From an uncultured Nitrososphaerota archaeon (GTDB lineage: Archaea; Thermoproteota; Nitrososphaeria; Nitrososphaerales; Gagatemarchaeaceae), in contig CAVRAG010000008.1 of the NCBI GenBank assembly GCA_963718895.1, positions 640,001 to 704,000 on the forward strand: a stretch of 64,000 nucleotides of DNA. The letters are read 5' to 3'. The position numbers and the translations under genes were made by a program. Below the pieces are notes generated by a model. It worked only from the letters and a program-made list of their open reading frames with translations. It ran no database searches and was not told the origin of the DNA. Below, one piece after another: positions 8,407 to 18,725 of this stretch. Every line of letters starts with the position of its first letter. The stretch's first letter is position 1.

Positions 8407-10698
8407 ATGAGGGCCTGGACCAAGAGGGTCATCTCGGCATCCCTGGTCATGATCTTCGTCTCGATGGTATCACCCGGTATCGCCCACGCTTCGAGCCAGG
8501 CTTCGGCGCCGAAGCTGGTCCCTACCACGACCTGCGGCACATCGCAGGCAGTGGGGGTCGCCACAGCCAGCGCGCTGCTGAGGGGGCACCAGCCCCCGGC
8601 ATCGTCCGCCGCTTACGACGAACAGCTGGGCATGACCTTCACCCAGAGCTTCTCCGCGCTGGAGTACAACGTGACGGCTGTCGTCCAGACGGACTCGGTG
8701 CTAGACACCGGGCCAGGTTATCTACTGAACGGGCTCGCGAACACGGGCTACTGGTATCAGGTAGGGCTATCGTGGAACTGGTCGCCCGGACAGGTTCCGG
8801 GTACGGGTTTCGCCATGAACTATGAGGTCTTCGACACATCTCAGAACTCGATATTCCCAACCAACGGAGGGGGCGGGGTCCAAGCCTTCTCCGGGAGCGT
8901 CAATCAGGGCGACACGGTCCTGCTGAACCTCTACTTCGCAAACTCGAGTGACGTCGTGATGGCGGCCAAGGACTTGAACACCGGGTCCTTCGCCCTGGAG
9001 ACCTACAGCGCACTCTCGGGAACGTGTTTCGTCGGTTCGCCCAGCTCTCCCTCGAATTCCAACGGGTATTTCACGGGTCTCATGACCGAATGGTATCACG
9101 GCGACCCATACTTCGCGAACGGGAAGCAGGTCACGTACACAGACAACGCGTTCCCACTCTCCTCGGCGTGGATGTGGATGGATGAGTTCAACTCAAACAC
9201 CCTGCGTTCGGTCTTCTCTGCGAACACTCCGTCCCCTGTGGGCTACGGCACTCCGACCAAACTGCAGGAGTTCTCCTACAACGGCACGAACGTCTTCAGC
9301 AGCGCATACGAGTTCCTGACGGGGAACGCGACGAGCACGGCTCCTCCGACGGAGATCCCGCTTACGCTCAGCTATTCGGTCCTAGGGACGGGGACGGGGT
9401 ACGCCGCCCCTGTCCTGACCTACGTCACGAACGGAGTCCAGCTGACGGCGGCCCTGAACACCACGGCCTCCACGGTCGACCTCGACCAGGGGAGCGCGTG
9501 GAGCGTCTCGCAGACCCTCACCGGGTCCTCGACGACTCAGAGGTGGGAGACGGAGCAGACAACGACAGGGGTCGCGAACTCGGCGCAGACCATAACCCTC
9601 CAGTATTATCATCAATACCAGATCGGGTTCTCCTTCGGCGTAACGGGAGGCGGGACAGGCTTCACCGCGCCCGCCGTGACCTATCAGTCGTTCGGGTCCC
9701 CTCAGACCCTCGGCGGTCTGGGAGCTCAGCTCCCTTCAGGGGGCGTCTGGGCGGACGCAGCGTCGCGATACAGCTACACCAATCCTCTCTCGGGCTCGTC
9801 TGCCGGCGGAAGATGGTACTCGGTCGATCCCACGGGCATGGTGAGTGCTTCGGGAATGGTCGTCGCTACGTACTATCATCAATATGCGGTCGCCGTGGAT
9901 GCCTCTTTCACAGGTAGCGGGATATTCCCCTCGGTCGCGCTGAGGTCCACGGCCGCAGGCTCGCCCTTCCTCGGCACTGTGATCCAGGGGGCGATCTCCT
10001 TCTGGCTGGACGCGAACGCGTCGTACTCCTTGCCTCAGACGATATCGCTCTCCCAGGGTGAACGGTGGGCGACGAACTCGTCCGGGACAGGGAGCGTCTC
10101 CGCCGAGCTCTCGATCTCGATGGACTACCAGTACCAGTACTACGTCTCGACAGGGGTGAACAGCGTCGATGGGGGCACGATATCCACGACCTCCGGATGG
10201 TATCCGTCTGGCACGAGCCTGCAGTTGACCGCATCGCCCAGTTCAGGCTGGAAGTTTGAGGGATGGAGCGGCCTGGGTGAGACAGCCCCTTCAGCCGCCC
10301 TTTCTCTCCTTCTCTCCGCTCCCGTCAACCTGACCGCGCTCTTCTACCCGGGTATCACGGTGACCGCGACCGGTCCTTTGACGATCTCCTATCAGGACGG
10401 ATCCGCTTCGGGGAACGTCCCGGCTGGGACCAGCACGGTCGTCTATGCGGCTCCGTCTTCGACGCTCTCCTTGAGAGCCTCGTCGCCTCCTTTCCTCTAT
10501 TCGTTCACAGGGTGGAACGGGGCGAGCTCCTCGACCGCATCCGACATCTCCCTCACGGTCAACGGACCCGAGGCAGTCACGGCGAACTCATCGTACAACT
10601 ACCTCGACATCGTGATCATACTGGTCGCTGCGATCTTGATAGTCATGGGCGCCCTCCTAGCCGTGAGGAGACCCAAGAAACCAGTTGCAGGGATTTAG
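8407..10698 (+). CDS. Secreted, C-terminally membrane-anchored surface protein with beta-rich repeat domains
   Basis: Signal peptide, Ser/Thr/Gly-rich, repeated YYHQY and W..G.W motifs, GWKFEGWSG (B-repeat-like), C-terminal TM plus RRPKK; TATA-like TTTATA about 29 nt upstream. Confidence 0.8.
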   Translation: MRAWTKRVISASLVMIFVSMVSPGIAHASSQASAPKLVPTTTCGTSQAVGVATASALLRGHQPPASSAAYDEQLGMTFTQSFSALEYNVTAVVQTDSVLDTGPGYLLNGLANTGYWYQVGLSWNWSPGQVPGTGFAMNYEVFDTSQNSIFPTNGGGGVQAFSGSVNQGDTVLLNLYFANSSDVVMAAKDLNTGSFALETYSALSGTCFVGSPSSPSNSNGYFTGLMTEWYHGDPYFANGKQVTYTDNAFPLSSAWMWMDEFNSNTLRSVFSANTPSPVGYGTPTKLQEFSYNGTNVFSSAYEFLTGNATSTAPPTEIPLTLSYSVLGTGTGYAAPVLTYVTNGVQLTAALNTTASTVDLDQGSAWSVSQTLTGSSTTQRWETEQTTTGVANSAQTITLQYYHQYQIGFSFGVTGGGTGFTAPAVTYQSFGSPQTLGGLGAQLPSGGVWADAASRYSYTNPLSGSSAGGRWYSVDPTGMVSASGMVVATYYHQYAVAVDASFTGSGIFPSVALRSTAAGSPFLGTVIQGAISFWLDANASYSLPQTISLSQGERWATNSSGTGSVSAELSISMDYQYQYYVSTGVNSVDGGTISTTSGWYPSGTSLQLTASPSSGWKFEGWSGLGETAPSAALSLLLSAPVNLTALFYPGITVTATGPLTISYQDGSASGNVPAGTSTVVYAAPSSTLSLRASSPPFLYSFTGWNGASSSTASDISLTVNGPEAVTANSSYNYLDIVIILVAAILIVMGALLAVRRPKKPVAGI

Positions 10699-10779
10699 AA
10701 AGGACCGAGGTAGAGTCAAGAAAAACGGGATTGAGACAGCCCGGTTGCGTAATAATGCAACCGGACCGCCTCTAGCAGC

Positions 10780-11418
10780 CTAACTGCTGTAGACGGACTC
10801 GTTCGAAGCCGAGGGTATCTCGGGGAACGAGTCGCTCATGCGCTTCTCGGCGACCGCTGCCGCTTCGGCCATGATCTTGTCCGCCTCTTCGCTGCTCTCT
10901 GGAGTGAAGAAGTTGCCTCCGCTGAGTCCGCCGACGTCGGACATCAGCCCGCTGAGGGACGCGCCGATGTCTCCGAGCGCCGATTGGGCGTCGGGCATCG
11001 CGGTGCCGAGCGTAGTGCGGACGTTCTTAATCACGCCGATCGCAGGTGCGAGGGTGGCCGTGAAGTCGCCGATGTCGGTGACCGTCTGCAGCCTCGTGGT
11101 TATCTGTTCGAGCGCGATCTTGGACTGGGTGACTATCTTCGCCATCTTCCTGACCTCGGCGAGCTCGTTCGAGTAGGCCTTGCTGGTCTGCTCGTCGTGC
11201 TGCTGGACGGCGGTGACCGTCTTCTTGAATATTGCCTGCTCCCTCTGCTTCAGGCGGTCCATCGAGCGGTCCAGGCGGGTTATCTCCTGCTGGAGCTGGC
11301 TCGTGGCCTTCTGGATCTGAGGCCTCATGGGCTGCGCGCCCCTGACGGCCTCTCTTGTCTTCTGGCCGAAAGATCCCTGACTTTGTTGCGGCTTCCAGTT
11401 CTTTTCGAACTTACTCAA
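10780..11418 (-). CDS. ESCRT-III/Snf7 family (CdvB-like) cell-division protein
   Basis: Coiled coil; YSNELAEVRKM...ALEQITTRLQTVTDIGD and EEADKIMAEAAAVAE typical of archaeal CdvB paralogs; probable TTG start at 11418. Confidence 0.88.
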   Translation of the reverse strand: MSKFEKNWKPQQSQGSFGQKTREAVRGAQPMRPQIQKATSQLQQEITRLDRSMDRLKQREQAIFKKTVTAVQQHDEQTSKAYSNELAEVRKMAKIVTQSKIALEQITTRLQTVTDIGDFTATLAPAIGVIKNVRTTLGTAMPDAQSALGDIGASLSGLMSDVGGLSGGNFFTPESSEEADKIMAEAAAVAEKRMSDSFPEIPSASNESVYSS

Positions 11419-11568
11419 TGTAATCTCGCGGTATCTCGTGCAGGGTGATACGATGATACCAGCGTCAGACAACAATTCTTGACATCTTGCTCAAAGTGAC
11501 ACGAATCTCACGTCTCAAGGCGAGTACAGCATCTCTTTTTTAGTCGCGGACAAGGCGGGCGGTCTGGC

Positions 11569-12249
11569 TTGGCTCTTGACCCGGCGATCTTTCTTGCCGC
11601 CCTGGGGATTACAGTGCTCGAGTTCACTGAAGCCGCGGCCGTCGGGCTGGCCTTGTACGCCGACTCTGGAAGGCACGCGGCGTTTCTCTACGTCTCGCTT
11701 GGCGCCCTAGCCGTGCTCATTCCCACCGTTCTCGTCGGCTCTCTGATCGGCCTCCTCCCCAGCGTCTACGTCAGGCTCGTCGCGGGAGTCCTCCTGCTCT
11801 ACTTCGGGCTCAGACTCGCGGGGAGCGCGAGGAGGTCCGTGCTCAGGGCGAGGAAGGGCGGGGAGCACGCCGAGCACTTCGAGAAGGGGATAATGGCAAC
11901 GGGGTTCTCCGTCGGGGCGATAGAGGCTTTCGAGGCTGCGATAGTCCTCGTCGGTCTCCTTCCGAACGGCTTTGTCGCGACCCTCGGGGGCATGGGCGTC
12001 GGCATTCTGCTGGTCGTGGTGGCAACCTACCTCCTGCGGTCGCAGGTCAGGAAGGTGAAGCAGGCAGACTCGAAGGTCGTCGTCTCGGCTCTTCTACTTT
12101 CGTTCGCGGGCTTCTGGTTCGCTGAGGCCTTCCTTTCGCCCCCGGACCTAACCCTGATCCCTCTGTTTGCCGGGTTCGCGCTTGTCGTATATTTCATCGC
12201 CAACCGACCATCGCCTGTTCCCGTGGCAAGCGCCTCGGCAGGCAACTAG
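11569..12249 (+). CDS. Uncharacterised membrane protein (COG4280/GDT1-like)
   Basis: Two internal repeats with E-x-x-EAA motif; 6-7 TM helices. Confidence 0.65.
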   Translation: MALDPAIFLAALGITVLEFTEAAAVGLALYADSGRHAAFLYVSLGALAVLIPTVLVGSLIGLLPSVYVRLVAGVLLLYFGLRLAGSARRSVLRARKGGEHAEHFEKGIMATGFSVGAIEAFEAAIVLVGLLPNGFVATLGGMGVGILLVVVATYLLRSQVRKVKQADSKVVVSALLLSFAGFWFAEAFLSPPDLTLIPLFAGFALVVYFIANRPSPVPVASASAGN

Positions 12250-12293
12250 CGGGTCCACGCGCGCTCAGGAGAGCCTTGAGATCACTTGCCTGC

Positions 12294-13022
12294 TCACAAC
12301 CTCGCAAGCTCCTCTCGAAGCAACCTCTCCATCGCCCTCACGTTCGCCTGGATGATCCTGCGCCCCACCTCAGCGGAGGCGTGCAGCCTAGGATCCAAAC
12401 CCATGATCCCGACGGGCCACTCCTTTGGATTTGTTGGAAGGTTTTCCATCCTGACGAGGTCCGGGTCGGTCGCGAGCATGATTGAGGTCTCGTTGGCCCC
12501 GGCGTGGTCAATCATGAATCCGAGTTCCTTCTCCGCCACGATTCCCTGCAGCGTGAGGACCCTCAGCCCGTACTTTGACTCCCAAGCCTTTCCGTGGACG
12601 GCGAAGAAGTCTGTCGACGGACCGTGACCGTGACCCACGAGGATCCGGACTCCTGCTCGGCTGAGCTGCTTGAGCATGCTGTCTGCATACTCCTCAAAGA
12701 CGCGCGCGTCCGCGTAGTATGCGCTCCCAGGAAGTCGCCTCGGCCCCTCCCCCTCGACTAGGAATTCGAAATCCATCCCGTAGAAGACCCTGCCGTCGAC
12801 GACCGTCTCCTCATCAGGTCCCAAGGACAGTGCAGGCAGGACGACTCCACCCACGCTCCTAGCCAGCTCGGCGTAGAGGCCTGTCGGCTGCAACATGTCA
12901 GAGCCCAGCGGCAGATGGGGCCCGTGGTACTCGAGTGTTCCGAGAGGCAGGTACGCCACTGGAGCTTCCCGAAGCCTCTCGAGGAGCACGTCCGGAGTCA
13001 GTCGTTGGTAGAGTATCTCCAT
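12294..13022 (-). CDS. Creatininase/creatinine amidohydrolase family protein
   Basis: PLGTLEYHGPHLPLGSD, GHG and DHAGANETS motifs. Confidence 0.9.
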   Translation of the reverse strand: MEILYQRLTPDVLLERLREAPVAYLPLGTLEYHGPHLPLGSDMLQPTGLYAELARSVGGVVLPALSLGPDEETVVDGRVFYGMDFEFLVEGEGPRRLPGSAYYADARVFEEYADSMLKQLSRAGVRILVGHGHGPSTDFFAVHGKAWESKYGLRVLTLQGIVAEKELGFMIDHAGANETSIMLATDPDLVRMENLPTNPKEWPVGIMGLDPRLHASAEVGRRIIQANVRAMERLLREELARL

Positions 13023-13152
13023 CGGGTCACCTCTTTCACGTCGTCTTACTTAGCCGTTAACGCGCCTCCGCCGGACAAATGGATCAACTGGAGCTCAATT
13101 CTCGTCAAGGCCGACATCAAAGAATAAATTCGGTCGCGACAAAGAATCACTC

Positions 13153-14265
13153 GTGCGAGACGGGACCAGAATCGTTAGAGCAGGTCTGCCGAAGGCCGCC
13201 CAGGGGGAGCCGTTCCTTCCCGGCCCGACGTTTGCGGGCACGTACGGGTTCAGCGGCGAGGTGGGAACTTCGGCCTACACCTACGGCAGATATCATAATC
13301 CGACGTGGACCCGCTACGAGGAGGCACTAGGCGACCTTGAAGGCGGACCTTCACTGGTCTTCTCGTCGGGCATGGCAGCTGTCGCCGCGGTCCTCACGTC
13401 GGTGCTCACTCCGAGCGCTGCCGGCAGCGTCCTCGTAATGCCCTCCGACGGCTACTACACGGCGCGTATGCTCGCCGAAGGGTACTTCGCATCGCTCGGA
13501 GTCAAGGTTCGCAAGGCCCCGACCGCGGGAAACGCCCAGGCCGCCCACCTGGAGGGAGCGACCCTGCTCTGGCTGGAGACCCCGAGCAACCCAGGCCTTG
13601 AGACCTGTGACATCTCAGAGCTCGTCGAGAAGGCGCACAGCAGGAATGTCCTGGTCGCGGTCGACAACACGACGGCGACGGCGCTGGGTCAGCAACCCCT
13701 GAAGCTCGGGGCGGACTTCTCCGTATCAAGCGATTCCAAGGGGCTCACGGGCCACAGCGACCTGATCCTGGGCCACGTCGCGACCCGCGGACGAGATTGG
13801 TCGGAGCGCCTGAGAACCTTCAGGACGCAACAGGGAGCCGTACCCGGACCGATGGAGGTCTGGTTGGCGCACCGGTCACTCGCAACCCTCGAGCTGCGGA
13901 TTCAGAGGCAGTGCGAGAACGCCATGAGGGTTGCGAGTCACCTCGCGGCCCTACCGGAGGTGCAGGCCGTGAGATATCCAGGACTCCCACGAGACCCGTC
14001 CCATGGAATAGCCGCCAGGCAGATGAAGTACTATGGTCCGATAGTGAGCTTCGTCCTCGGGACGCAGGAGAAGGCTGAGCGGTTCCTCGGCGCCTGCAAC
14101 CTCGTGACGACGGCTACGAGCTTCGGCGGGCTGAACTCCACCGCGGAGCGCCGGGCGCGCTGGGGAGGGGACGCCATACCACCAGGGTTCATCCGCTTCA
14201 GCGCCGGGTGCGAAGACGGGGAGGACCTGGTGGAGGACATCTCACAGGCCCTGGGCTCGATCTAG
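13153..14265 (+). CDS. Cystathionine gamma-lyase/synthase family PLP enzyme
   Basis: YGRYHNPT, FSSGMAA, ETPSNP, VDNT, SDSKGLTGHSD and TSFGG motifs. Confidence 0.93.
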   Translation: MRDGTRIVRAGLPKAAQGEPFLPGPTFAGTYGFSGEVGTSAYTYGRYHNPTWTRYEEALGDLEGGPSLVFSSGMAAVAAVLTSVLTPSAAGSVLVMPSDGYYTARMLAEGYFASLGVKVRKAPTAGNAQAAHLEGATLLWLETPSNPGLETCDISELVEKAHSRNVLVAVDNTTATALGQQPLKLGADFSVSSDSKGLTGHSDLILGHVATRGRDWSERLRTFRTQQGAVPGPMEVWLAHRSLATLELRIQRQCENAMRVASHLAALPEVQAVRYPGLPRDPSHGIAARQMKYYGPIVSFVLGTQEKAERFLGACNLVTTATSFGGLNSTAERRARWGGDAIPPGFIRFSAGCEDGEDLVEDISQALGSI

Positions 14266-14378
14266 GCAGACAGGGCCCCGAACGCAGCCTGGGAGTGCAG
14301 CCAGGAGAGGGGTCCACCGATCTCGATGGGCCGACCCGCCACAGATTATAACCGGCAGTAACCTCCCGTGGACTCGAT

Positions 14379-15416
14379 TTGGCATCGACGAGAATCATCG
14401 TTGAGGAGAAGTACGCGGGGGCCCAGGTAGCCGTCCTCGAGAACGAGCACCTGCGGGTGAAGGTCGTGCCCGAGAAGGGCTCAGACATAGTCGAGATCTT
14501 CCACAAGAAACAAAATCTGAACCTCCTGTACGAGTCCCCCATCGGTTTTAGGCGCTTCGGCTCCGTCTCCGCTCCCTCGATGACCGCAGACTCCAGCTTC
14601 CTGGACTTCTACGAGGGCGGCTGGCAGGACATCGTACCCAACCCGGGGCTCGTCTCCTCGAACAGGGGAGCTTCGTGGGGGATGCACGGGGAGAGCTCGC
14701 TGGTCCCCTGGAAAGCGGCCGTCGCAGACGATGGTGAGGACGCGCACCTCGACCTGTCTACCTCGCTTATGCGGTACCCCCTGAAGCTCGAGAAGACACT
14801 CACGCTCACCGAGGGCAGCTCGGTCCTCAAGATCGACGAGGTGGTAAGGAACCTCGGCGAGCAGGACATCGAGTTCGCCTGGCTTCAGCACATCGTCTTC
14901 GGGAGACCGATCGTCGGTCCGGGGATGGCGGTGGACATGCGAGCAGGCGCGTGTACCGCGGGAGCCTACAAGCAGACGCGCCTGAAGCCCGGAGTCGAGT
15001 TCGAATGGCCCGGCGCTCCGGCCGTGGGCGGATCCACCATCGACATGAGCGGCGCTCCGCCTTCCGGGGCGAGATACGAGGACAACCTCTACGTCACGAT
15101 GAAGGAGCCGTGGTACGCTATAAGGAACACCACGGCCGGGCTCACCGTGGGCGTCTCCTGGGACCTGAAGGTCTTCCCCTCACTCTGGTACTGGCTCAAC
15201 AACGGGGCGATAGACTATCCCTGGTGGGGACGGTCGTACAACCTCGGCCTCGAGCCATCGAGCAGCATCACCGAGCTCGGCATGCAGGAGTACCTCGGGA
15301 AAGGGAACGCGCTCAAGCTCGGCGAGGGCGGGTCGATGAACCTAGGAATCAGGTACGCGGTCGCAGAAGGAGCAGCGAGGGTCCGCGGGGTGGACAGCGA
15401 AGGCAGGCTCCTGTAG
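14379..15416 (+). CDS. Galactose mutarotase-like (aldose 1-epimerase/DUF4432) protein
   Basis: LENEHLRVKVVPEKGSDI, YEGGWQDIVP, HGE...PW, FPSLWYW, LGLEP. Confidence 0.8.
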   Translation: MASTRIIVEEKYAGAQVAVLENEHLRVKVVPEKGSDIVEIFHKKQNLNLLYESPIGFRRFGSVSAPSMTADSSFLDFYEGGWQDIVPNPGLVSSNRGASWGMHGESSLVPWKAAVADDGEDAHLDLSTSLMRYPLKLEKTLTLTEGSSVLKIDEVVRNLGEQDIEFAWLQHIVFGRPIVGPGMAVDMRAGACTAGAYKQTRLKPGVEFEWPGAPAVGGSTIDMSGAPPSGARYEDNLYVTMKEPWYAIRNTTAGLTVGVSWDLKVFPSLWYWLNNGAIDYPWWGRSYNLGLEPSSSITELGMQEYLGKGNALKLGEGGSMNLGIRYAVAEGAARVRGVDSEGRLL

Positions 15417-15631
15417 CACCCGGCGTCCGCTGAACCCTGATCGTTTCTTCATTCATGTCGGCGAGACCGACACTTCGGCCGCCCATCCTCTCGGCAGCCC
15501 GAACTGGCGCCCCAGCTACCAGACTCGGTTCGGGTCAATCTCGGGCAACCTCCCCGCCCAAGCCAGGCACGCCGTCTCGTTCTGCTGGCTGGAACAAAGA
15601 GCAGGACTGGAAGCGGTGGTCTCTCCCTAGG

Positions 15632-15823
15632 TCAGGGAGGAGGAATCGGACGCGGACTACCGATCTCTCCCTGCTCGAGCTCTTTCATTCGGATGATGTA
15701 CATCCGAATCGCCTCGTCGACGATTTCGGCTCTGCTTCTGTATCCCCATGCGCTCCCAAAACTGTCGAGGGTCTTGGCGAGCTCCTCTGGGATTTTCACC
15801 GTCGCGTATCTTCCCCTGGGCAT
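15632..15823 (-). CDS. Ribbon-helix-helix (CopG/NikR-like) regulator
   Basis: YATVKIPEEL...GYRSRAEIVDEAIR. Confidence 0.85.
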   Translation of the reverse strand: MPRGRYATVKIPEELAKTLDSFGSAWGYRSRAEIVDEAIRMYIIRMKELEQGEIGSPRPIPPP

Positions 15824-15961
15824 CTTCTCATCTCAAAGAAATAGGGAAGAGTTGGGTCTTCACCCAAACTCTCACGTCCCGAAGCCGTCGTACCTGGACA
15901 CAGGTCTGCCCCGAGGGCCGCTGCGTTCTGTGAGCCATGGCGAGGCACCTGCCGGGAGCCC

Positions 15962-16579
15962 TTACTTCGTCCTGGTTCTGAGGAGGAACCCGACACCGCC
16001 GAGCACAGCGCCCAAGGTCGCCAGGATGACGAGTGCGCCTATTGGCTCAACCAGCTGGCCGAGGTAGTTCACGTGGATCTGTCCGGATGTGTAGCCGAGC
16101 CCTCCAGATGAGACCGCCGCGCCCGCGTAGCCGGCCATGTAGCCGCCCCAGATCATCAGTATCATGGCGCCGGCGACCCCCACGTTCATGAGGACGTATT
16201 GGCCCCAAGCGAGGTAGTTCGACAGGCCGTGATACACCTTACCCCGGATTCCCTCGATGTAGAAGTACATCATCGCGGTGCCCGCGACCGCGACCACTCC
16301 TACGAGCAGGTAGAGGACGTAGCCTGTGAACATCCACGTCCCTCCGCCTCCCCCTGCAATCACCTTCGAGGGGCTGAAGTACCAGTTGATGTTGAAGATG
16401 CTCAGTGGCTCGACTATGAGCAGAGTGATTGCCGCGACTATCGCTCCCTGAATCACGGCTGCCCACATCCATCTTCCAGCCCATCTTCCATGCGCGCTCG
16501 AGACGAATCCCGCCAGACCAGACGAGGACCCGATCGATACGGCCTCGATTCCTTTCTCCACCTTTACTGATTCTGTCAT
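15962..16579 (-). CDS. Hypothetical 4-TM membrane protein
   Basis: Four hydrophobic helices, host-like codon bias; probable ATG at 16579. Confidence 0.7.
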   Translation of the reverse strand: MTESVKVEKGIEAVSIGSSSGLAGFVSSAHGRWAGRWMWAAVIQGAIVAAITLLIVEPLSIFNINWYFSPSKVIAGGGGGTWMFTGYVLYLLVGVVAVAGTAMMYFYIEGIRGKVYHGLSNYLAWGQYVLMNVGVAGAMILMIWGGYMAGYAGAAVSSGGLGYTSGQIHVNYLGQLVEPIGALVILATLGAVLGGVGFLLRTRTK

Positions 16580-16817
16580 GTTTTGTGCTTCCTGTGAACT
16601 ACTGGTGAGGCACTGAATAAGAAGGCGTCCGTGCACTTGCACGCGATTGCGAACACGGTCGAGCTGTGTCGCAGCGTTGATCAGGCGGTTAGGTGCGGCC
16701 TATGCAGCTGTTGTACAGAGATAGACGATAAGTCGCAATCTCTGTGCTAGCTCGTTCAGCCTCCCGTTCCAAGGAGCGAGAATCACGGCAGAATATGGGG
16801 GCAGAAGACGCCAAGGG

Positions 16818-17216
16818 CTATAGTGGGGCCTGCGCATCGAGAAGCTGAATCCCCCTGATCTTTGATTCGAGGTATCTCCTTCCGAGCACTGGTTCAAACT
16901 TCCTGAGGATCTCTATGGCGCCGACATGGAGGAGCTTCGTCTCCTTTTCGGAGAGCGGCGCCGACGCCTCTCGGTTTAGGAGCGTCGATTCGAAGAGCGC
17001 AAAGACGATGTAGTCCTTCTCCCCCTCGTTGAGCCGCCTCCCGCTGTCCATCGTCCTCTCAACGATCCGCGCTGCGTCCAGCAGCGAATCGAGTTGTGCC
17101 TTCTCCAGTTCGCTGCAGTCGCGGTAGTACTTCCCGCTCGGCAACCGTTTCTCGTCGGTCAGGTTTGCCTCACAGTCCCTTACTAGGGAGCGAACGCCTC
17201 TGGCCCTCAAGAGCAC
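16818..17216 (-). CDS. Hypothetical protein
   Basis: 132-aa helical-looking ORF with plausible composition; start uncertain; no recognisable motif. Confidence 0.45.
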   Translation of the reverse strand: MLLRARGVRSLVRDCEANLTDEKRLPSGKYYRDCSELEKAQLDSLLDAARIVERTMDSGRRLNEGEKDYIVFALFESTLLNREASAPLSEKETKLLHVGAIEILRKFEPVLGRRYLESKIRGIQLLDAQAPL

Positions 17217-17463
17217 CGTTGAGACAAAGCCGGTCCTTGAATATCATGGTTTGCTCATCATGTCTGGAGCAATGTCAGATAGCACTCCTCTGTTCTGGCA
17301 ATACAGGACCCAAAAAAACGCATGAATTGAGCCGTCATCGTCAAAGAGCCGGACCTCTGCACGTCCGGAGGAGAAGTTGGAGTCCACGCAAATCCCCGTG
17401 GCAAAGACCTTTTAAGTCAGGGTGAGGCTTGGACCACATCGAAACAGGAGCCCGAGATGAAGA

Positions 17464-17949
17464 ATGCCCCAGAGAACAGCTCGAAGAAGGCTCACCGGCA
17501 CGGAAAGAAAGATTCTCAAGGCTTTGCTTGAAAGAGACGGGACACTGAACACCACGGCATTGGCGGAACGGATAGGGGTTCCCCGGAGCACCGTGGAAAG
17601 GAGGCGGAGATACCTCGAGGCCAACATCCTGAGATCATACTACCACCTGGATGTCACGAAGCTCGGTTTCAGACGCGTCGACTTCCTCATTGAGACCGGA
17701 AGCGGGTTCACCAGGCGCATAGCGAAGCAGCTCATGCGCTTACCACAGGTCATCGCCGTGGCCCAGACCATAGGGGAGCACACCATCGACCTGATAGCCG
17801 AATTGATAGTGAGGGACAACGGCGAGATCCTCTCCTTGAGCGAGAGGGTCAAAGCGATGCGGGGAGTAAAGGACGTGACCTGGACCGAGGTAATCGAAGA
17901 AGAGAGGAAGAATAAGACAGTCCCGGATTACATCATAGACGAACTCTGA
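17464..17949 (+). CDS. Lrp/AsnC family transcriptional regulator
   Basis: N-terminal HTH (LAERIGVPRSTVERR) plus C-terminal RAM domain (QTIGEHTIDL). Confidence 0.9.
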   Translation: MPQRTARRRLTGTERKILKALLERDGTLNTTALAERIGVPRSTVERRRRYLEANILRSYYHLDVTKLGFRRVDFLIETGSGFTRRIAKQLMRLPQVIAVAQTIGEHTIDLIAELIVRDNGEILSLSERVKAMRGVKDVTWTEVIEEERKNKTVPDYIIDEL

Positions 17950-18107
17950 TCAGTCAGAAGAACCCGGCTCGACTCGAGGCATTCACTATACAGGGCCATG
18001 AAAGCGGTGAGAGTGTGCGAACTGCATCGCCAGAACGAGCGAATTACCCAGCTTTACGAAACAAACGGTGAGCTTATATACGAACATAACAATTGTTATC
18101 TCTCGTC

Positions 18108-18587
18108 ATGTCTTATCGAGGACGGGCCCCCAGGATACTCGTCATAGACGATGAAGAAGACGTGACCCAGCTTCTGAGACTCGGGCTGGAACGTTATGGG
18201 TTCGAGGTTGACGCCTACAACGATCCCGTGGAAGCCGTCTCCGAGTTTCTACCAGGAACCTACGATCTCGCAGTCCTGGACATCAGGATGCCGCGCATGA
18301 ACGGCTTTCTGGTCTATCGTGCGATGAAGAAGGCCGACAAGGAGGTCGAGGTGTGCTTCCTCACCGCGTTCGAGATGTACGAGAACGAGTTCAAGAAGCT
18401 CTTCCCCGACGTGAACGTACAGAGGTTCCTGAAGAAGCCGATAACCATGGAGGACCTCGCCCGCGAAGTGAACCGGCTCCTCGCGAAGAAGCGGGGGAGC
18501 CCACTGGACATGCCCGAAGCCCCCACACCCACTTCTAAGTGGAAGGACGCGTCCAACGCTGACAAGAAGCGAGGAAAAGCCGGATAG
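18108..18587 (+). CDS. Single-domain response regulator (REC)
   Basis: ILVIDDE, LDIRMPRMNG, FLTA and KKP motifs; TATA-like CTTATATA at 18073-18080. Confidence 0.93.
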   Translation: MSYRGRAPRILVIDDEEDVTQLLRLGLERYGFEVDAYNDPVEAVSEFLPGTYDLAVLDIRMPRMNGFLVYRAMKKADKEVEVCFLTAFEMYENEFKKLFPDVNVQRFLKKPITMEDLAREVNRLLAKKRGSPLDMPEAPTPTSKWKDASNADKKRGKAG

Positions 18588-18725
18588 GCGCCCACCGCCG
18601 GGACGATGGTCGATCCCTGAAGGCGTGATATGTAAGGGAACCCGGTCCCGGCGAGTGGCGCGGCGAAGGTAAGCTGTGCGAGACCCCCTCATCAGAAGCT
18701 CTGGGTTCTGTGGCCAGGTGGGCGT
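18588..18725 (+). ncRNA. Candidate compact multi-stem structured RNA of unknown family
   Basis: Closing stem GCGCCCACC/GGTGGGCGT; long inner stem GCCGGGAC/GTCCCGGC with TCCCT/AGGGA; hairpin GCGCGGC/GCTGTGC; G-U pairs favour the + strand. Confidence 0.35.

Noticed and set aside
15417-15631. Several GC-rich hairpins between convergent genes
   Set aside because: No closing helix or motif; compatible with chance folding or terminators
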